A DNA stretch of 64,000 nt from Eledone cirrhosa (Eukaryota): assembly GCA_964016885.1 (NCBI GenBank), contig OZ024740.1, positions 91,512,001 to 91,576,000 of the forward strand, written 5' to 3'. Both the position numbers and the translations under genes were made by a program. Below are positions 29,009-42,194 of this stretch, in pieces. Within the stretch, counting starts at the first letter, position 1. Each line of letters opens with the position of its first letter. The notes below the pieces were generated by a model. It searched no databases. It saw only the letters and a program-made list of their open reading frames with translations, and was not told where the DNA came from.

Positions 29009-29099
29009 CGAAGGAAATGTGGTAAGGAACCAGGTGGACCATAACGCACCAAAGTACTCTATACTTAGGGTAGTAGAGTGGGTAATAGGAACCAGTAAG

Positions 29100-29193
29100 A
29101 CCCCGACGGCTGAGCTCAAGCCGTTTCGACGGCTAATTCTGGACTAAATGAACATTTATCCTGGTATTTAAATAGCCGAGCTTCTCAAGGGGT
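29100..29193 (-). ncRNA. type I hammerhead ribozyme, U3-A8 core variant
   Basis: ACCCC-UUGAGAA-GCUCGGCUA...UAGCCGUC-GAAAC-GGCU-UGAGCUC-AGCC-GUC-GGGGU. Confidence 0.72.
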
Positions 29194-29562
29194 AATTCCA
29201 TATATGGTCAAAGTGATTGTAAAAAGTCAGTAGTAACTCTGTGATTGCAAATTAGTAGAGGAGATGGAGGCTAAACCTGCCAGTATGAGAAAAAGGGGAG
29301 GGGGTGGAGTAGACCCAATCATGCCTTGGTAGTGCCATCTACAGCTGGGCATGAGGTAAAAGAAGATACTGGAGAGGGGGAGGGGAAGGAAATCGAAACG
29401 GTAGGTAGAACAATGAGGGGTAAATATATATATATGAAAGAAAAAATACTGAGAGTGATGAAAAGCGAATAAGTGTAAAGAAAAAAGAGTATAAAAGCTA
29501 CTAATTTGCAATCACAGAATTAATACTGACTTTTTACAATCACTTTGACCATATATGGAATA

Positions 29563-29656
29563 ACCCCTTGAGAAGCTCGGCTATTTAAATACCAGGATAA
29601 ATGTTCATTTAGTCCAGAATTAGCCGTTGAAACGGCTTGAGCTCAGCCGTCGGGGT
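29563..29656 (+). ncRNA. type I hammerhead ribozyme, U3-A8 core variant
   Basis: TTGAGAA 29568-29574, GAAAC 29629-29633, GTC 29649-29651, stem I ACCCC/GGGGT. Confidence 0.72.
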
Positions 29657-29666
29657 CTTACTGGTT

Positions 29667-29702
<36 letters not shown>

Positions 29703-29705
29703 TAG

Positions 29706-29766
29706 ATTTCTTTATTAGCCACAGGGGCACAAAAGAAGGGGACAAATACAAAGGGGGAAGTTTACA
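29706..29766 (-). mobile_element. Tx1-like 3'-terminal fragment
   Basis: Reverse complement matches the 3' end at ~28895-28954 (TGTAAAC...TTGT...GCCC..TGGC.AATAAAGAAA). Confidence 0.65.
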
Positions 29767-30341
29767 TATCAATCAGATTACCTAATTAGATTTCAGATAA
29801 ATTCTAATTTGAACAATAAATGATTGTTTGGAAATTGCACAAGGAAGTATGTGTAATTAAAATTTGATTTCGCTTCAGTCAGCTTCAAAAAATAATTATG
29901 TATCAGATAACACATGCTTGTCAAACATGTTTCTAATGGTTTAAGTGTGAACTTTCGAAAATACTTCATATATGGTAAATAAATACATTTTACATGAACA
30001 AATCTGAAGCGATGTACACATTCAAATCCACAGCATTATAATGTAAAAGAAATTACCAACATATATTTTACATTGTTTTCGGATTATGAACTGACAAATT
30101 ACAATAAACAATATTTGACAATTTCAACTATCGTAGCTAGTACGGGTGTTATTCATGGATCATACATGTTTATAAGTGATACAAATTCGACAACTTTATA
30201 ATATTTTTTTCAGAGCTATCCTATCAAGGTATTTATTGTATATATATATATATATTTGTTAAAATATATATATATATACACACGCATTCCCATATATATA
30301 TATATACAAAAGCCGTGAGCGAGAACGGAATAGATAGATAG

Positions 30342-30456
<115 letters not shown>

Positions 30457-31380
30457 ATCCTCTATCTCGTTATGCCGATTTGATTGAGAAGAAAATAGAA
30501 CCTACTCCTAGACAATTTCCTGCCAGTCTTACAGCTAATGTAAATCGATTGTGTTCAGCATGTATAGGAACGATTAAATTGATATTTCCAAACTTTGAAA
30601 TTAAAATTATATAATTTAAGACGTACTATGAATTCCATTATTAATAAAATTCAGTCGCCGTAAATTCTGATCGATATCATTTACGTCCGGTTATTTTTCC
30701 CCGGAGAAATTAATTAGATGTATTTCGACGTAATGAAGAATCAATGATGTTTTACTATGTTCATAATATTAATGAAATTTAGACCATACAATGATTTCTG
30801 TATATGTTAAAGAGACATTATGACGTCTCTCTATTTGGGAAAGCCTATGATAGTGAGGCAAACAAACACATAAATATCATTCGTTTCATGGTTTAGCAAG
30901 GTTTTAATCTTGGTATTATTGCCTATGATAGATAGAGTTACAACTATTAAATTTACGCTCGTTATCTAAAATACAATATACCAGACATAACATAGAAATT
31001 CTATAGTGAGATGATTTTACAATCACGCAATTTGATAGACATGTTCGTCCTGAATACATTTCCAGAAAAAAAATTAGCAGATAATGCAAATGCTTGTATT
31101 ATAGGTACTTTATGATACATTAAGCTAATATGAATTTGATTATATACAATTGTTTGATGCCCGTTAAACACATGAATACAGAATCTGCGTAGTTTATGAA
31201 TTTACACAACGATAAATATATTTGATTGCAGTGTTGAATCTTTCGCGTCTATCCCTGTCAGTGATACTATATAGTCACTCAATTAACCTTCGGAATCTTA
31301 GAGTATGATTACATGTTCGTTTTTAATATCAGACATAATGTAGGCAAGTATTCACATCGGCTATCATGTTTTAATATATA

Positions 31381-31526
31381 CTAGCAGAATGGCCCGGCGT
31401 TGCTCGGGATTTGCTATAGGGTTCTTATATATTTGATATATATTTATCCTTATCGAACCTCGTAAAATAAATACGTTTGTTTATATGTTGTTATTGTGTA
31501 TGCAAAAATATCTGTCCATAAATATA

Positions 31527-31578
<52 letters not shown>

Positions 31579-32180
31579 TAACAGACTAAAGTTTAAGCAA
31601 AGAATCACTGGTTTCACCCTTAACGGGATATTCTACCTAAAAGCAGTATGAAGTACAAACACTAAGACTAATTGATGTAATCTTTGGCCTTGTTTGTTTA
31701 TATTTTGTTTTTGTGTATGCAAACATATCTGTACACGAATATCTATATTAAAATAACATATTAATGTTTAAGCAAAGAATCGCTGCTTTCAACCTTAAAC
31801 TAAAAGAATCAATCTGGAAAACAGGAAGACGATACTTTGATTCGTGAAGACGTTCCCTGGCATAAGAATATATATACATACACACACTGATCGCGTCATA
31901 ATGACGTAATGCAAACAGTCAGGCATACAGACAGATATTATGAAGGCGCGACGTCATATCTATGTATCTATCTAAAAAGAGATATACTAAGAGAAAGAGA
32001 AAGAGATCGCTAAATCGCCTAATGCGGTCCCTAGGGCATTGACAATTTGAAATTTATTTTGCTCGAAACACTTCTGGGGTCATACGAGTTACATGTATAA
32101 AGTTTGAAAAAAACCGGGTGGGTACATCTCTAGTTTTAGGGAAACAGACACACAGACATCCTCTTTTTTATATATATAGA
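31381..32180 (-). mobile_element. non-autonomous Helitron (800 bp)
   Basis: Minus strand begins TCTATATATATAAAA, ends with hairpin CCCGAGCAACGCCGGG then CTAG. Inserted between A and T with no TSD. Confidence 0.85.
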
Positions 32181-32578
32181 TTATGTTTACTATTTTGAAG
32201 GAACTGAAAATAGAACTGTGAAATGCATTAAGAGAAGCATAGGCGTAGCTGTATTTTTATGGACATTTCTTCATTGCCAAGTGGCATTGAGTACATTCAC
32301 AAGTGTAACACATTAGATGTGTATCTTAAAGATTAAAATGACATTGAGAGTGAATTTAAATTTATATATATATATATATATGTAGATAAATCTACCAAGA
32401 GTTTACGGTAGTGTCCAATCCGTATGAAGAACTCAATGTATTCCGGATATCATGGAAAGAAGAGATGCAATGAAAAATCACTTTCGGTGAAAGATAAACG
32501 GAATACAGAGTCAAGATAAAATATTAAACAAATAATGAATAAAACAATGAAACAGTTCCTTATATTAAACAAAAAAAG

Positions 32579-32733
32579 TTCATTATTTAACGATCGTTTC
32601 TAGGATATATATGTGTTAGAATTGGCATGCATATTCAACAGATCTATGTACAAAATTATACAAAATTATACAAACTATCAAGATTAAATATACATACCAA
32701 ACACACATATATGCCGTCTTCAGAAATAATGAA
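32579..32733 (-). ncRNA. type I hammerhead ribozyme with ~115-nt stem II (family C)
   Basis: UUCAUUAUUU-CUGAAGA(32723-32717)-...AUAUAUGUG.../...CACAUAUAU...-GAAAC-GAUC-GUU-AAAUAAUGAA; perfect 10-bp stem I. Confidence 0.82.
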
Positions 32734-33334
32734 ATATATTTATTGATAATAACAACAATTCAAAATTTCAGGTCCGTTTGGGAACGGAGTTCAAATTGAC
32801 CAATGAAAATACAAAACATTTTTATGCAGTTTGGTGTGTGTATATACATGTAATTAACTTCGTACACATATTTATACAAAGATATATGCTCAACATGCAT
32901 ACGCATGCCAAAAAGATGTATGCAAATACAAAAATTCAAGGCTAATGTCTCTGTAAGTTTATAATCCACAGATAAAATGCGTATAGACACATAAATATGA
33001 AATAAGTGTATACACATATTCACATACTCACACATATCCGTACACTCACACACACACGCGCGTATATGTATAAACATACACATAATTACGAACATACACA
33101 CACACACACACGCCCACACACATATATATGTGGATATAATATTATCATAAGCACATGGATATCAATGCACGCACATAACCACTGCCACACACATTTAGAT
33201 CAAGATACAGAAATTAGGTGGGGGGGGGAGAGGTCAGTATTCAACGGTCTCGGCAGACTGCTTATTTATAGATGTATCTATAAAGTTAGAAATAAAAAGA
33301 AAAGAAAAGAAAAAGAAAAAAGAAATATATCAAG

Positions 33335-33370
<36 letters not shown>

Positions 33371-33559
33371 TACACATACAAACAACACACACACACACAC
33401 ATATATAAACATATACATATATACATACACACATATACACACATACATATATATATATATACACACATATATACACATATATACACACACACATATATAC
33501 ACACACATATATACACATACACGCACATATACATACACATACATACTTATATACATATA

Positions 33560-34068
33560 GACATACACATACATACATATATATACACACATATACATAC
33601 AGACATACATACATACATACACACATACACACATACATACACACACATACATACTCATATATAGACATAGATATATATTCACACACACATACGCACTTAC
33701 ATATACGCATATATACAAATACTTACGCATCCATATATCCGTATATACATACAAACACCACTACACTCTCACACAACTCAGACATACAAAGAAAAAGGTA
33801 TATACATATACACATATACACATACAAATAGAGATACATATACACATATATATATATATATATACACATATATATATATATACACATATATATACATATA
33901 CATATATATACACATACATACATGTACACACACATACACATACATACATACACACATACCCACATACATATATAGTCACACACACACACACACCTACACA
34001 TACATACACATACCCATATATAAAGATATATATACACACACATACACACACACACATATATAATAAAC

Positions 34069-34101
<33 letters not shown>

Positions 34102-34430
34102 TATATATACACATATACATACACATATACATACATACATACACATACATACATACATATACACACATATATATATATACACACATACACACATACATAC
34201 ATACACACACACATACATACACACACATACATACTCATACATAGACATAGATATATATTCACACACACATACGCACTTACATATACGCATATATACAAAT
34301 ACATACGCATCCATATATGCGTATATACATACAAACACCACTACACTCTCACACAACTCAGACATACAAAGAAAAAGGTATATACATATACATATATACA
34401 CACATAAATAGAGATACATATACACATATA
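33560..34430. repeat. direct duplication (~580-bp offset) within CA/TA low-complexity DNA
   Basis: Block ...CACCACTACACTCTCACACAACTCAGACATACAAAGAAAAAGG at ~33755 and ~34335. Confidence 0.75.
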
Positions 34431-34567
34431 TATATATATACACATACATATATATATATATACCCACACACACATACAACCATAAACACACATACAAACA
34501 CATACATACACACATATATACATATATATACACACACACAAAAACACACATATACATATATATTTAC

Positions 34568-34600
<33 letters not shown>

Positions 34601-34999
34601 CACACCCTCACATATATATATATACACATAAGTTATATTATAATAATAAATAATATATATATATACACGTACAAATATATATACATATACACAGACATAC
34701 ACATATATATATATACACACACACACACACACTCACATATATATGTGCGCACACGTACATATATACACATACATACATATACACATAAACATATACATGT
34801 GCATACATGTACATACACACATATACCCACATAGATACGAAGATACACATATATATAGAGAGACATACATATACATACACATATATACATACACATACAT
34901 ACACACATATATATACACACACATACACGCCCACACACACATACACATATACATATATATATATATATATATACATATATATACACACATATATATACA

Positions 35000-35047
<48 letters not shown>

Positions 35048-36250
35048 ATCATACATTTTTATTTGCATGCGCATATATGTATTTTTATACTCAGATATAA
35101 ACACCCAAATATATATACACCTACCTACATATATATTCATACATACACGCTTACAAATACAGATGATAATAGTATGGGGGAAAGGGGGGGGGGAGAAGGG
35201 GATTATAGTAAATATATGTTTCAAGAAACATAGAATATTAATTTGTATTTGGATCCCAATATATGTTTTTACATAGTTTCAGTGTTAGGAAATGCAAGAA
35301 ATAAGGCAAAATTATGCATTTCAAAATAAGTATACCATTAATTATAGGTTAACTAAACTAAAGATAGTTAACATATTGATTTCTAAGGTGTAAATTAGTT
35401 AGGTTTATGATATTTGAAGCAGAATTTTGAAGTTAAATAGTAGTAGAGTATTAATTATAGTATAACTAAATTAAAATTATTAACGTTATGGTATCAATAT
35501 TAGGAAATGAATTTAGTAATAGGGAAAAAACAAATAAAGTATTACATCGGTAGTAGAATATAAATTATAGGTTAACTAAATTAAAAATTATATATTAATG
35601 TCTATAGTATATGTTAATTAGGTATATAATACATAAAACAGATATTGTATTTTATCAATAGCAGAACATAATTATATGCAAATAGAAATCAAAATTAATA
35701 CATATACATATACATATACATACACATATATATATATACACATATATATACATACATACACATACATATACATACATACATATACATATTTTTTCAAAAA
35801 TTGCAAAGAATATATTAACTAGGTATACATCCAAAACACATCCCATTCTATGATTACATGACACTCTGCAATCCGTCTGTATTAGGATACTAATTTTAAG
35901 CCAATTAAATTAAATTTTTAGGTTGACTAAATTTAAAACCAAATTATAAATATATTTCTAAAATGTATATTAATTAGGTCTATAATACTAAAAATTATTT
36001 CTCTGTCATTGAATACACGATATTTTGTTATATTTTATCTCTAAAGGAATTTTAATAAAGGGTTAAATAAATTAAAATTAATCTATAAATTAAATTACTA
36101 AGTATATATTCGTAATATTTAAAGGTTTTTCACAATTTATGATTACACAATATTTTATATTCTCATCTGTAGTAGAGTTTTAATTAAATTAAATTTATAG
36201 GTTAACTAACATTTAAATTAAATTATATATTAATTTCTAAAATAATGTTA

Positions 36251-38389
36251 TTAATTAGGTTTATAATATTTAAATGTTTTTTTTAGTTTATGATTACACG
36301 ATATAATTAATTCCTGTCGTTTATTTAATAGGATATCCTTAGATTTCATTATTTCAAATAGTTCTTTGGAACATAATCTACATTCATTTCTATTATTTTC
36401 ATAAGGGGTGGCTCTTTTGAGCACACTCCAGGTCAAATCATATTCTATATTCTTATTTTTATAACTATTGATTTTTTCTGCTAGAGATGTTGTATTAGCC
36501 AGTGCGGCATTTTTAAAACTATGCTTGTGGGTATTAAACCTTGTCTTAAAATTGTTAGAAGTAGCTCCTATATATGAGCAAATAGAATCTTTAGTTTTAA
36601 CATTACATTTATAGACTATGTTGTTAACAAGACAATTCCCTTTTAATGGGCAGTTTGCTTTGTTTCTACAGTTACAACCTTTCGTTAATTCTGTATTTGA
36701 GGAGATAGTATGGTTAGTTTGATGTATTGGTGGTATACTTATGGTTTTCTTACATTTATATGCATTATAGGCACTCATATCTTGTTTTATGTTATTTGTT
36801 GTTGAGTATGAGAATTTAACTGTAGACCTATTTAAGATTTGATGGTATTTGTGGTTTGGCGGGAAGTTTTTCTCTAGGATATAAAAAAATTTTTTAGCAA
36901 TATTATCCTTAATTTGTAAATTAAATGGAGCATTATACCAAGTAACCCGTCTATTACGGTTTCTATGTTGTTTATTATTTTTATTATTTTTATAGGTTGT
37001 ATCGTGATGTTTACTAGGAGGATTAATGTTAATGATCTCACCACAACCATTTTTAGTTATATTTGTAGATTTAGGTGTTTTATCTTTTTTATTAGGAGTT
37101 TTATTATTAATATTTATTCGAGTTGTATGATGAGTAGTTTTTTGAGAGTTACTATATTTTATATTAGAAGATTTGGTATTTTGGGGTATAGTGTGGGTGG
37201 CATTTAGGTGTGTACTTTTCATTTGGTGTTTGTTGGTAATATTAGGTTGTATGTTTTTAGTATTTTTAGTAGAAGGTATATATTCTAATCTATTTTTGTG
37301 GCCACTTCTATCTAGAGCTTCGTTATAGAAGGTCGCATTTTTATCAAATACATCTTGGTTAGAAGAAAGGTTAGAAATTCTAAGTGATATATTATATGCA
37401 AGGTTTTTAAGGATAGATTTAGGGTGATTAGATTGTGAGTGTATGTAATGTAAGTTTTGGTTTGGTTTATGGTAAGGTTGGTAGATACCCGTAGCTAAAT
37501 CTAAAGTTATATCTAGGAAATTTACTACTCTACTTGTTTTTTCAAAAGTAATATGAAGATTATAATAGTCTTTAAGGAAAGTTCTAATATGTTTTTTGTT
37601 TTTTTCTATTTCTGAAAGGCTAAGGTTGTTAGAAAGAAGAAGACAGTCATCACGATATAAACCACCTTTAAGGTGGGGAAAGGAGGCATTTATGTTGAAA
37701 AGGAGAAAGAGGCCCACAAGATCAGTAATTTGGGCGGAATCGCTTGAACCCATAGTAATATCAAATAGATTACTATATGTGTTTCTGGTCCAGTATTCAT
37801 TCTGAAATTCAATAAGTGTTAGTCTAGCACGTGTAATAATATTAATGTCATCCAAAGTTAAGTTAGATCTATTTTTAGCAAATATCAATGCTTTGTTCAG
37901 GAGTATAGGTGATATAGAAGAATAGTAATTATCTATATCAAATTGTAGAAATGAAGCAGAAGATTTACATCTAATATTTTTAAACCAGTTAATTACCTGG
38001 GAGGTGTTTTCCCAGCGTGGTAAAATAACGTGTTTTCTTATTTGTGGGATGACTCTATCCGAAATTTTTTTGCTAATTATTCCAATATCTGATTTGGAGG
38101 GACATATAAGTCTTATAGAAGGATTTGAGTTAAAGTTTGATTTATGATCCTTCAGGTTGAAGTGTGGTCTTTTCAATGCCAAAGGTTCAGTTCTATCTTC
38201 AATGTTTAGTTTTTTTACTATGTTGTGTGTTTTGTTGTTGATGTTGGTGAGTGACGCATTATTAGATTTTTTATAATTTTTCCTGAGTTCTTTATATATG
38301 AACTCATTATAATGTTCAATATCCATGTGATACAAGTTACCAGTTTTGTCCGAGTGGACATGGATTTTTTTAGACTTTTTTAGGTCCAA
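36251..38389 (-). CDS. PLE RT + GIY-YIG endonuclease polyprotein (712 aa, no internal stops, N-terminally truncated)
   Basis: DKTGNLY, RLICPSKSDIG, FDIDNYYSSI, MGSSDSAQ, GGLYRDD, FLDI, SNHP, WYNAPF, CNCRNKANC (CxCx5C), VYKC...YIGAT, RFNTH, CRLC, CNH. Frame stays open upstream to ~38443 without an ATG. Confidence 0.92.
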   Translation of the reverse strand: MDLKKSKKIHVHSDKTGNLYHMDIEHYNEFIYKELRKNYKKSNNASLTNINNKTHNIVKKLNIEDRTEPLALKRPHFNLKDHKSNFNSNPSIRLICPSKSDIGIISKKISDRVIPQIRKHVILPRWENTSQVINWFKNIRCKSSASFLQFDIDNYYSSISPILLNKALIFAKNRSNLTLDDINIITRARLTLIEFQNEYWTRNTYSNLFDITMGSSDSAQITDLVGLFLLFNINASFPHLKGGLYRDDCLLLSNNLSLSEIEKNKKHIRTFLKDYYNLHITFEKTSRVVNFLDITLDLATGIYQPYHKPNQNLHYIHSQSNHPKSILKNLAYNISLRISNLSSNQDVFDKNATFYNEALDRSGHKNRLEYIPSTKNTKNIQPNITNKHQMKSTHLNATHTIPQNTKSSNIKYSNSQKTTHHTTRININNKTPNKKDKTPKSTNITKNGCGEIININPPSKHHDTTYKNNKNNKQHRNRNRRVTWYNAPFNLQIKDNIAKKFFYILEKNFPPNHKYHQILNRSTVKFSYSTTNNIKQDMSAYNAYKCKKTISIPPIHQTNHTISSNTELTKGCNCRNKANCPLKGNCLVNNIVYKCNVKTKDSICSYIGATSNNFKTRFNTHKHSFKNAALANTTSLAEKINSYKNKNIEYDLTWSVLKRATPYENNRNECRLCSKELFEIMKSKDILLNKRQELIISCNHKLKKTFKYYKPN

Positions 38390-39650
38390 TAGGGTAGAAT
38401 CAAGGTCCTTTTGAAAGACGGATTTATACTTTTTAAATAGATCCTAATATGTATACTCCTGGATACATTTGACAATCATAATAGCCGAAAAATATTTTTA
38501 CGTTGTTAATATCAAATTAATTGTATGAATACTGAAACTGCTCGGTTGAAATTTCTAAAAGCGTGATAGAACCTGGGGTGCTTCTTCAACGCAGCGTCAC
38601 ACGAAGTCACTTTCGCCCAAACCTAGTATGTGATGATGCGTAAATTGCCGGTATAACATATTCTGCTCTCCACCTCGTCGTACGCAATTTTTTCAGTTAG
38701 TTCATTGAATTGGAATATGTGCTCCTAAACCCGTCATGATTTAGCATATCCCTCTTTATCCTATAGATGTCAGCGTTTGTTGCGTTCAAGACTTTATTTA
38801 GTATCAGGTACATAGATGAATTGATGATGATAAGTTGACAGTTATGAAGAACACCAAGCATGGAATGGATAACATAAAGACAAAACCAAGAAAAGTCAAT
38901 ATAATTCTGTCCCGGTGTATTCTAATACAATGTATACTAATAGTTTAATTTGATATTCATAATAAGACATAATTATTATTAGAAATTTCTAATAGTGTTC
39001 CTTCGCTCGCATTTGCAGCGGAGTAGCCGTACCTTCCAAACAATCATTTCTGTGTCAGAAGGTAAGCGCAAAAATGTGTATTAAATGTTCTCAGAAGGAT
39101 ATATGACTCAGTCTTAACTAAGTATAAACATTGAGAGATTTCATAAAGGAAGTATCTGATTAAAGTCTTCTTGTTTTGGTACATAAACTTGTAACGTCCC
39201 AACACGTCTTTTAACAACAAAATCATCAAGAAAGAAAAACATGAACATGAATGAACTTTCACGTTGTACTTTTTATATAACCCATTCCAACCACTGTTTA
39301 CTTGACTGTATCCCCACACCAGAGTGTGCAGTGTTTTCCCTTCATCACTACTGAGTATTGGATTTTCTATCATGCAATAAGATTTCCGGTATGAGAATAA
39401 CAGTTATTTCTTAAGAAATACACGATGACATATTTACGGGAACTTAACTCTAATATTTGTAGAGACCTAGTTACTAACTATTAAAGTTTATTCCCCAGCT
39501 GATAATGTTTTGATGACGGGAGACGCAATATGTTATCGTACATCCCAATATTCCAACATTTTGAAAATGTATCATGCTTATTGACCGAAGGTATTCGACC
39601 AAGAACAGCGATTCGTTGCTTAAACATTAATCTGTTATTTTAATAAATAA

Positions 39651-39824
<174 letters not shown>

Positions 39825-40015
39825 TAAAATGAAAAGAAAATGGTGACAAATGTTTCCCAGTAAAAAATAGCTTAATTAGGAATAAGTATAAATTAGTAAT
39901 AAGTATTGGTTAGTATTCAGTTTTAGACTTAAGATTTTACCGGTTGCGCATTTCTAATGCTTTTCAAAAATAACTTTGAGATAGAACGCCTTTGATGTTT
40001 GCTCTAATCTGATCA

Positions 40016-42101
40016 TATATAGAATTCACAAGAATCAAAGCTATGTTCAAAGCATTTCTTCACTTACGATTGTTTCATCCAAACCTAGGTTTGGTGTATT
40101 CGGAGCATTTTTCAATGTCTGTTCACATGAATTGACCTCCTTTCCAACGCAAGAAACATACAGATACATATATATATATATTGATGTACAGTGGAGTGGC
40201 ATATATTATACTATACTATTTGTATACTAATAGTCAGGTCTAGTAGGCAGTGTATGCGTTAGTTACACGTGGAGCATGCACGTGTGTCTCATTTTTATAT
40301 TATTATTGTGTGGCAGGGTGTTACACGTAATGCAAGCACTTTAAGTGGGTAAGCAAGATTATTATGGTGGTTGTAGTGGTAAGGTATTTTTTGTATAGAA
40401 CAAAAAATTATGTGTGCAGAAAAATAAAAATAAAAAGAAGAAGCAAAAGAAAGATACAATTCACACCTCCATTCTTTCAAAAAACACAGTCTAGCCAACT
40501 CCACTTCTCTATATAGCTACATACACTATCTAAAAACTATAAATATATCTTATACATTTCAATGGGAAGTGGCGGCATCGTACAAACCACCTAATACATT
40601 CTGTAACCTCTTTCTACTAGAGACCCATACTTTAATCTTCTCAAACCATAACCTCCTTAATAAAAAAATCGGAAGCGTTTGCGTCGTGCCAGCACCGCTT
40701 CCGGCACTCCTTCCAAAACATTAAACCTAATATATAACAATGTCGGATTTGAACCCATCACCACTTCTAAGACCACACCTGAAGATCACACCTTACACCA
40801 CAGCTACACACTCTCTGATCCACCCTATCCCGACACAAATCATTCCATCTATCTGTTTAGCCATGCAAACAGCCATACGCTGCTCCATAACTTGCCAGGG
40901 GTTATGTAGACAAAACTCTAATAGGTCCCCTGATATGTTCTAAGAGTAGACTGCATTAGCAGTGAAGTTTGAAATAAAGGTATGGCACTTTGTATGGAAT
41001 ATTCAATTGTAGCACTATATAATAGGGAGTAATCAACTTAATATAGATATCTTTAGTACATCTTGATTGAGTAGACGGTATTTAAAATTGGAAACTACAT
41101 ATAAATGTATAACAATGTTAGAACAATGAATTTAGTTATGAGATTCGGCTAGTTACTCCCCTTATGCATTAACTCCCCTTAATTACACACATACTTTCGG
41201 GTAATAAACCGCTGTAAATTCTCGCAGAAAAATCAACCTATTCTATAAACTTGGATTAAATAACACTGAGCCTCAATACGCTAAAATAATTTAATTTAAT
41301 GCATCTAATATTCAATAAGGAATCATCGTTACTTATGTGATGGATGTTGAAACTATGTCTTACCTTTTCTGAATGTAAAAATGATGTTGGATACGAAAAC
41401 CATAACTTTCTTTTGCTTCTTTTTATTTTTATTTTTCTGCACACATACTTTTTTGTTCTATACAACAAATACCTTACCACTACAATCAATATAATACTCT
41501 TGCTTACCCGCTTAAAGCGCTTGCATTACGTGTAACACCCTGCCACACAATAATAATCTAAAATGAGACACACTTGCATGCTCCACGTGTAACTAACGCA
41601 TACACTACCTACTAGACCTGACTATTAACTATCCTCTTGCATTATCTGTGTTATCTGCCGAATGTACTTTAATTTTGATTTTTATTTTAATTTTGATTTT
41701 GATTTTGATGTTGATTTTGAATTTGATTTGCTGTACAAAAATAGTATAGTATAATATATGCCACTCCACTGTACATCAATATATATATATATGTATATGT
41801 ATGTTTCTGGCGTTGGAAAGGAGGTCAATTGTGTGTACAAACATTGAAAAGTGCTCCGAAGACACCAAGCCTAGGTTTGGATGAAATAATTGTAAGTGAA
41901 TAAATGCTTTGCACATAGCTTTGATTCTTGTGAATTGTATATAACTGCTCTGTAGAACAACTGATGTTATTACATTGAGCTATTTATCTTACTGGTAATA
42001 AAGTAGTAATAAATTACTGACCTTCAATGTTTAGGGTTTAAAATATACATAATTATAAAAAGTTTTAATATATACATAACCATATATAGCATCCTTAATA
42101 T

Positions 42102-42110
<9 letters not shown>
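40016..42110. mobile_element. family-E-related hammerhead fold-back element
   Basis: Arms ~40016-40450 and ~41410-41942. HHR-like motifs at 40061-40107 (-) and 41852-41898 (+): GCU-CCGAAGA-CACCAAGCCUAGGUUUGGAU-GAAAU-AAUU-GUA-AGU. Right-side tail homologous to the reverse complement of ~48520-48570; right boundary approximate. Confidence 0.78.
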
Positions 42111-42169
<59 letters not shown>

Positions 42170-42194
42170 ATTATTATTATTATTTCTATAATAA

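Larger units (their letters stand above)
29007..29668. mobile_element. family-A hammerhead fold-back element
   Basis: Arms ~29086-29260 and ~29498-29668; left arm has an ~80-bp extra tail; TA tracts on both sides. Confidence 0.85.
32520..38443 (-). mobile_element. Penelope-like (Naiad-like) element with a long microsatellite-rich 3' region and terminal hammerhead
   Basis: Open ORF 38389-36251 and a same-strand HHR at 32579-32733. The 3' boundary and linkage across the CA/TA region are inferred. Confidence 0.75.

Noticed and set aside
36251-38389. Selenoprotein-type Naiad
   Set aside because: Conserved Cys positions are ordinary Cys codons; no in-frame TGA was seen here or in the other endonuclease remnants read.
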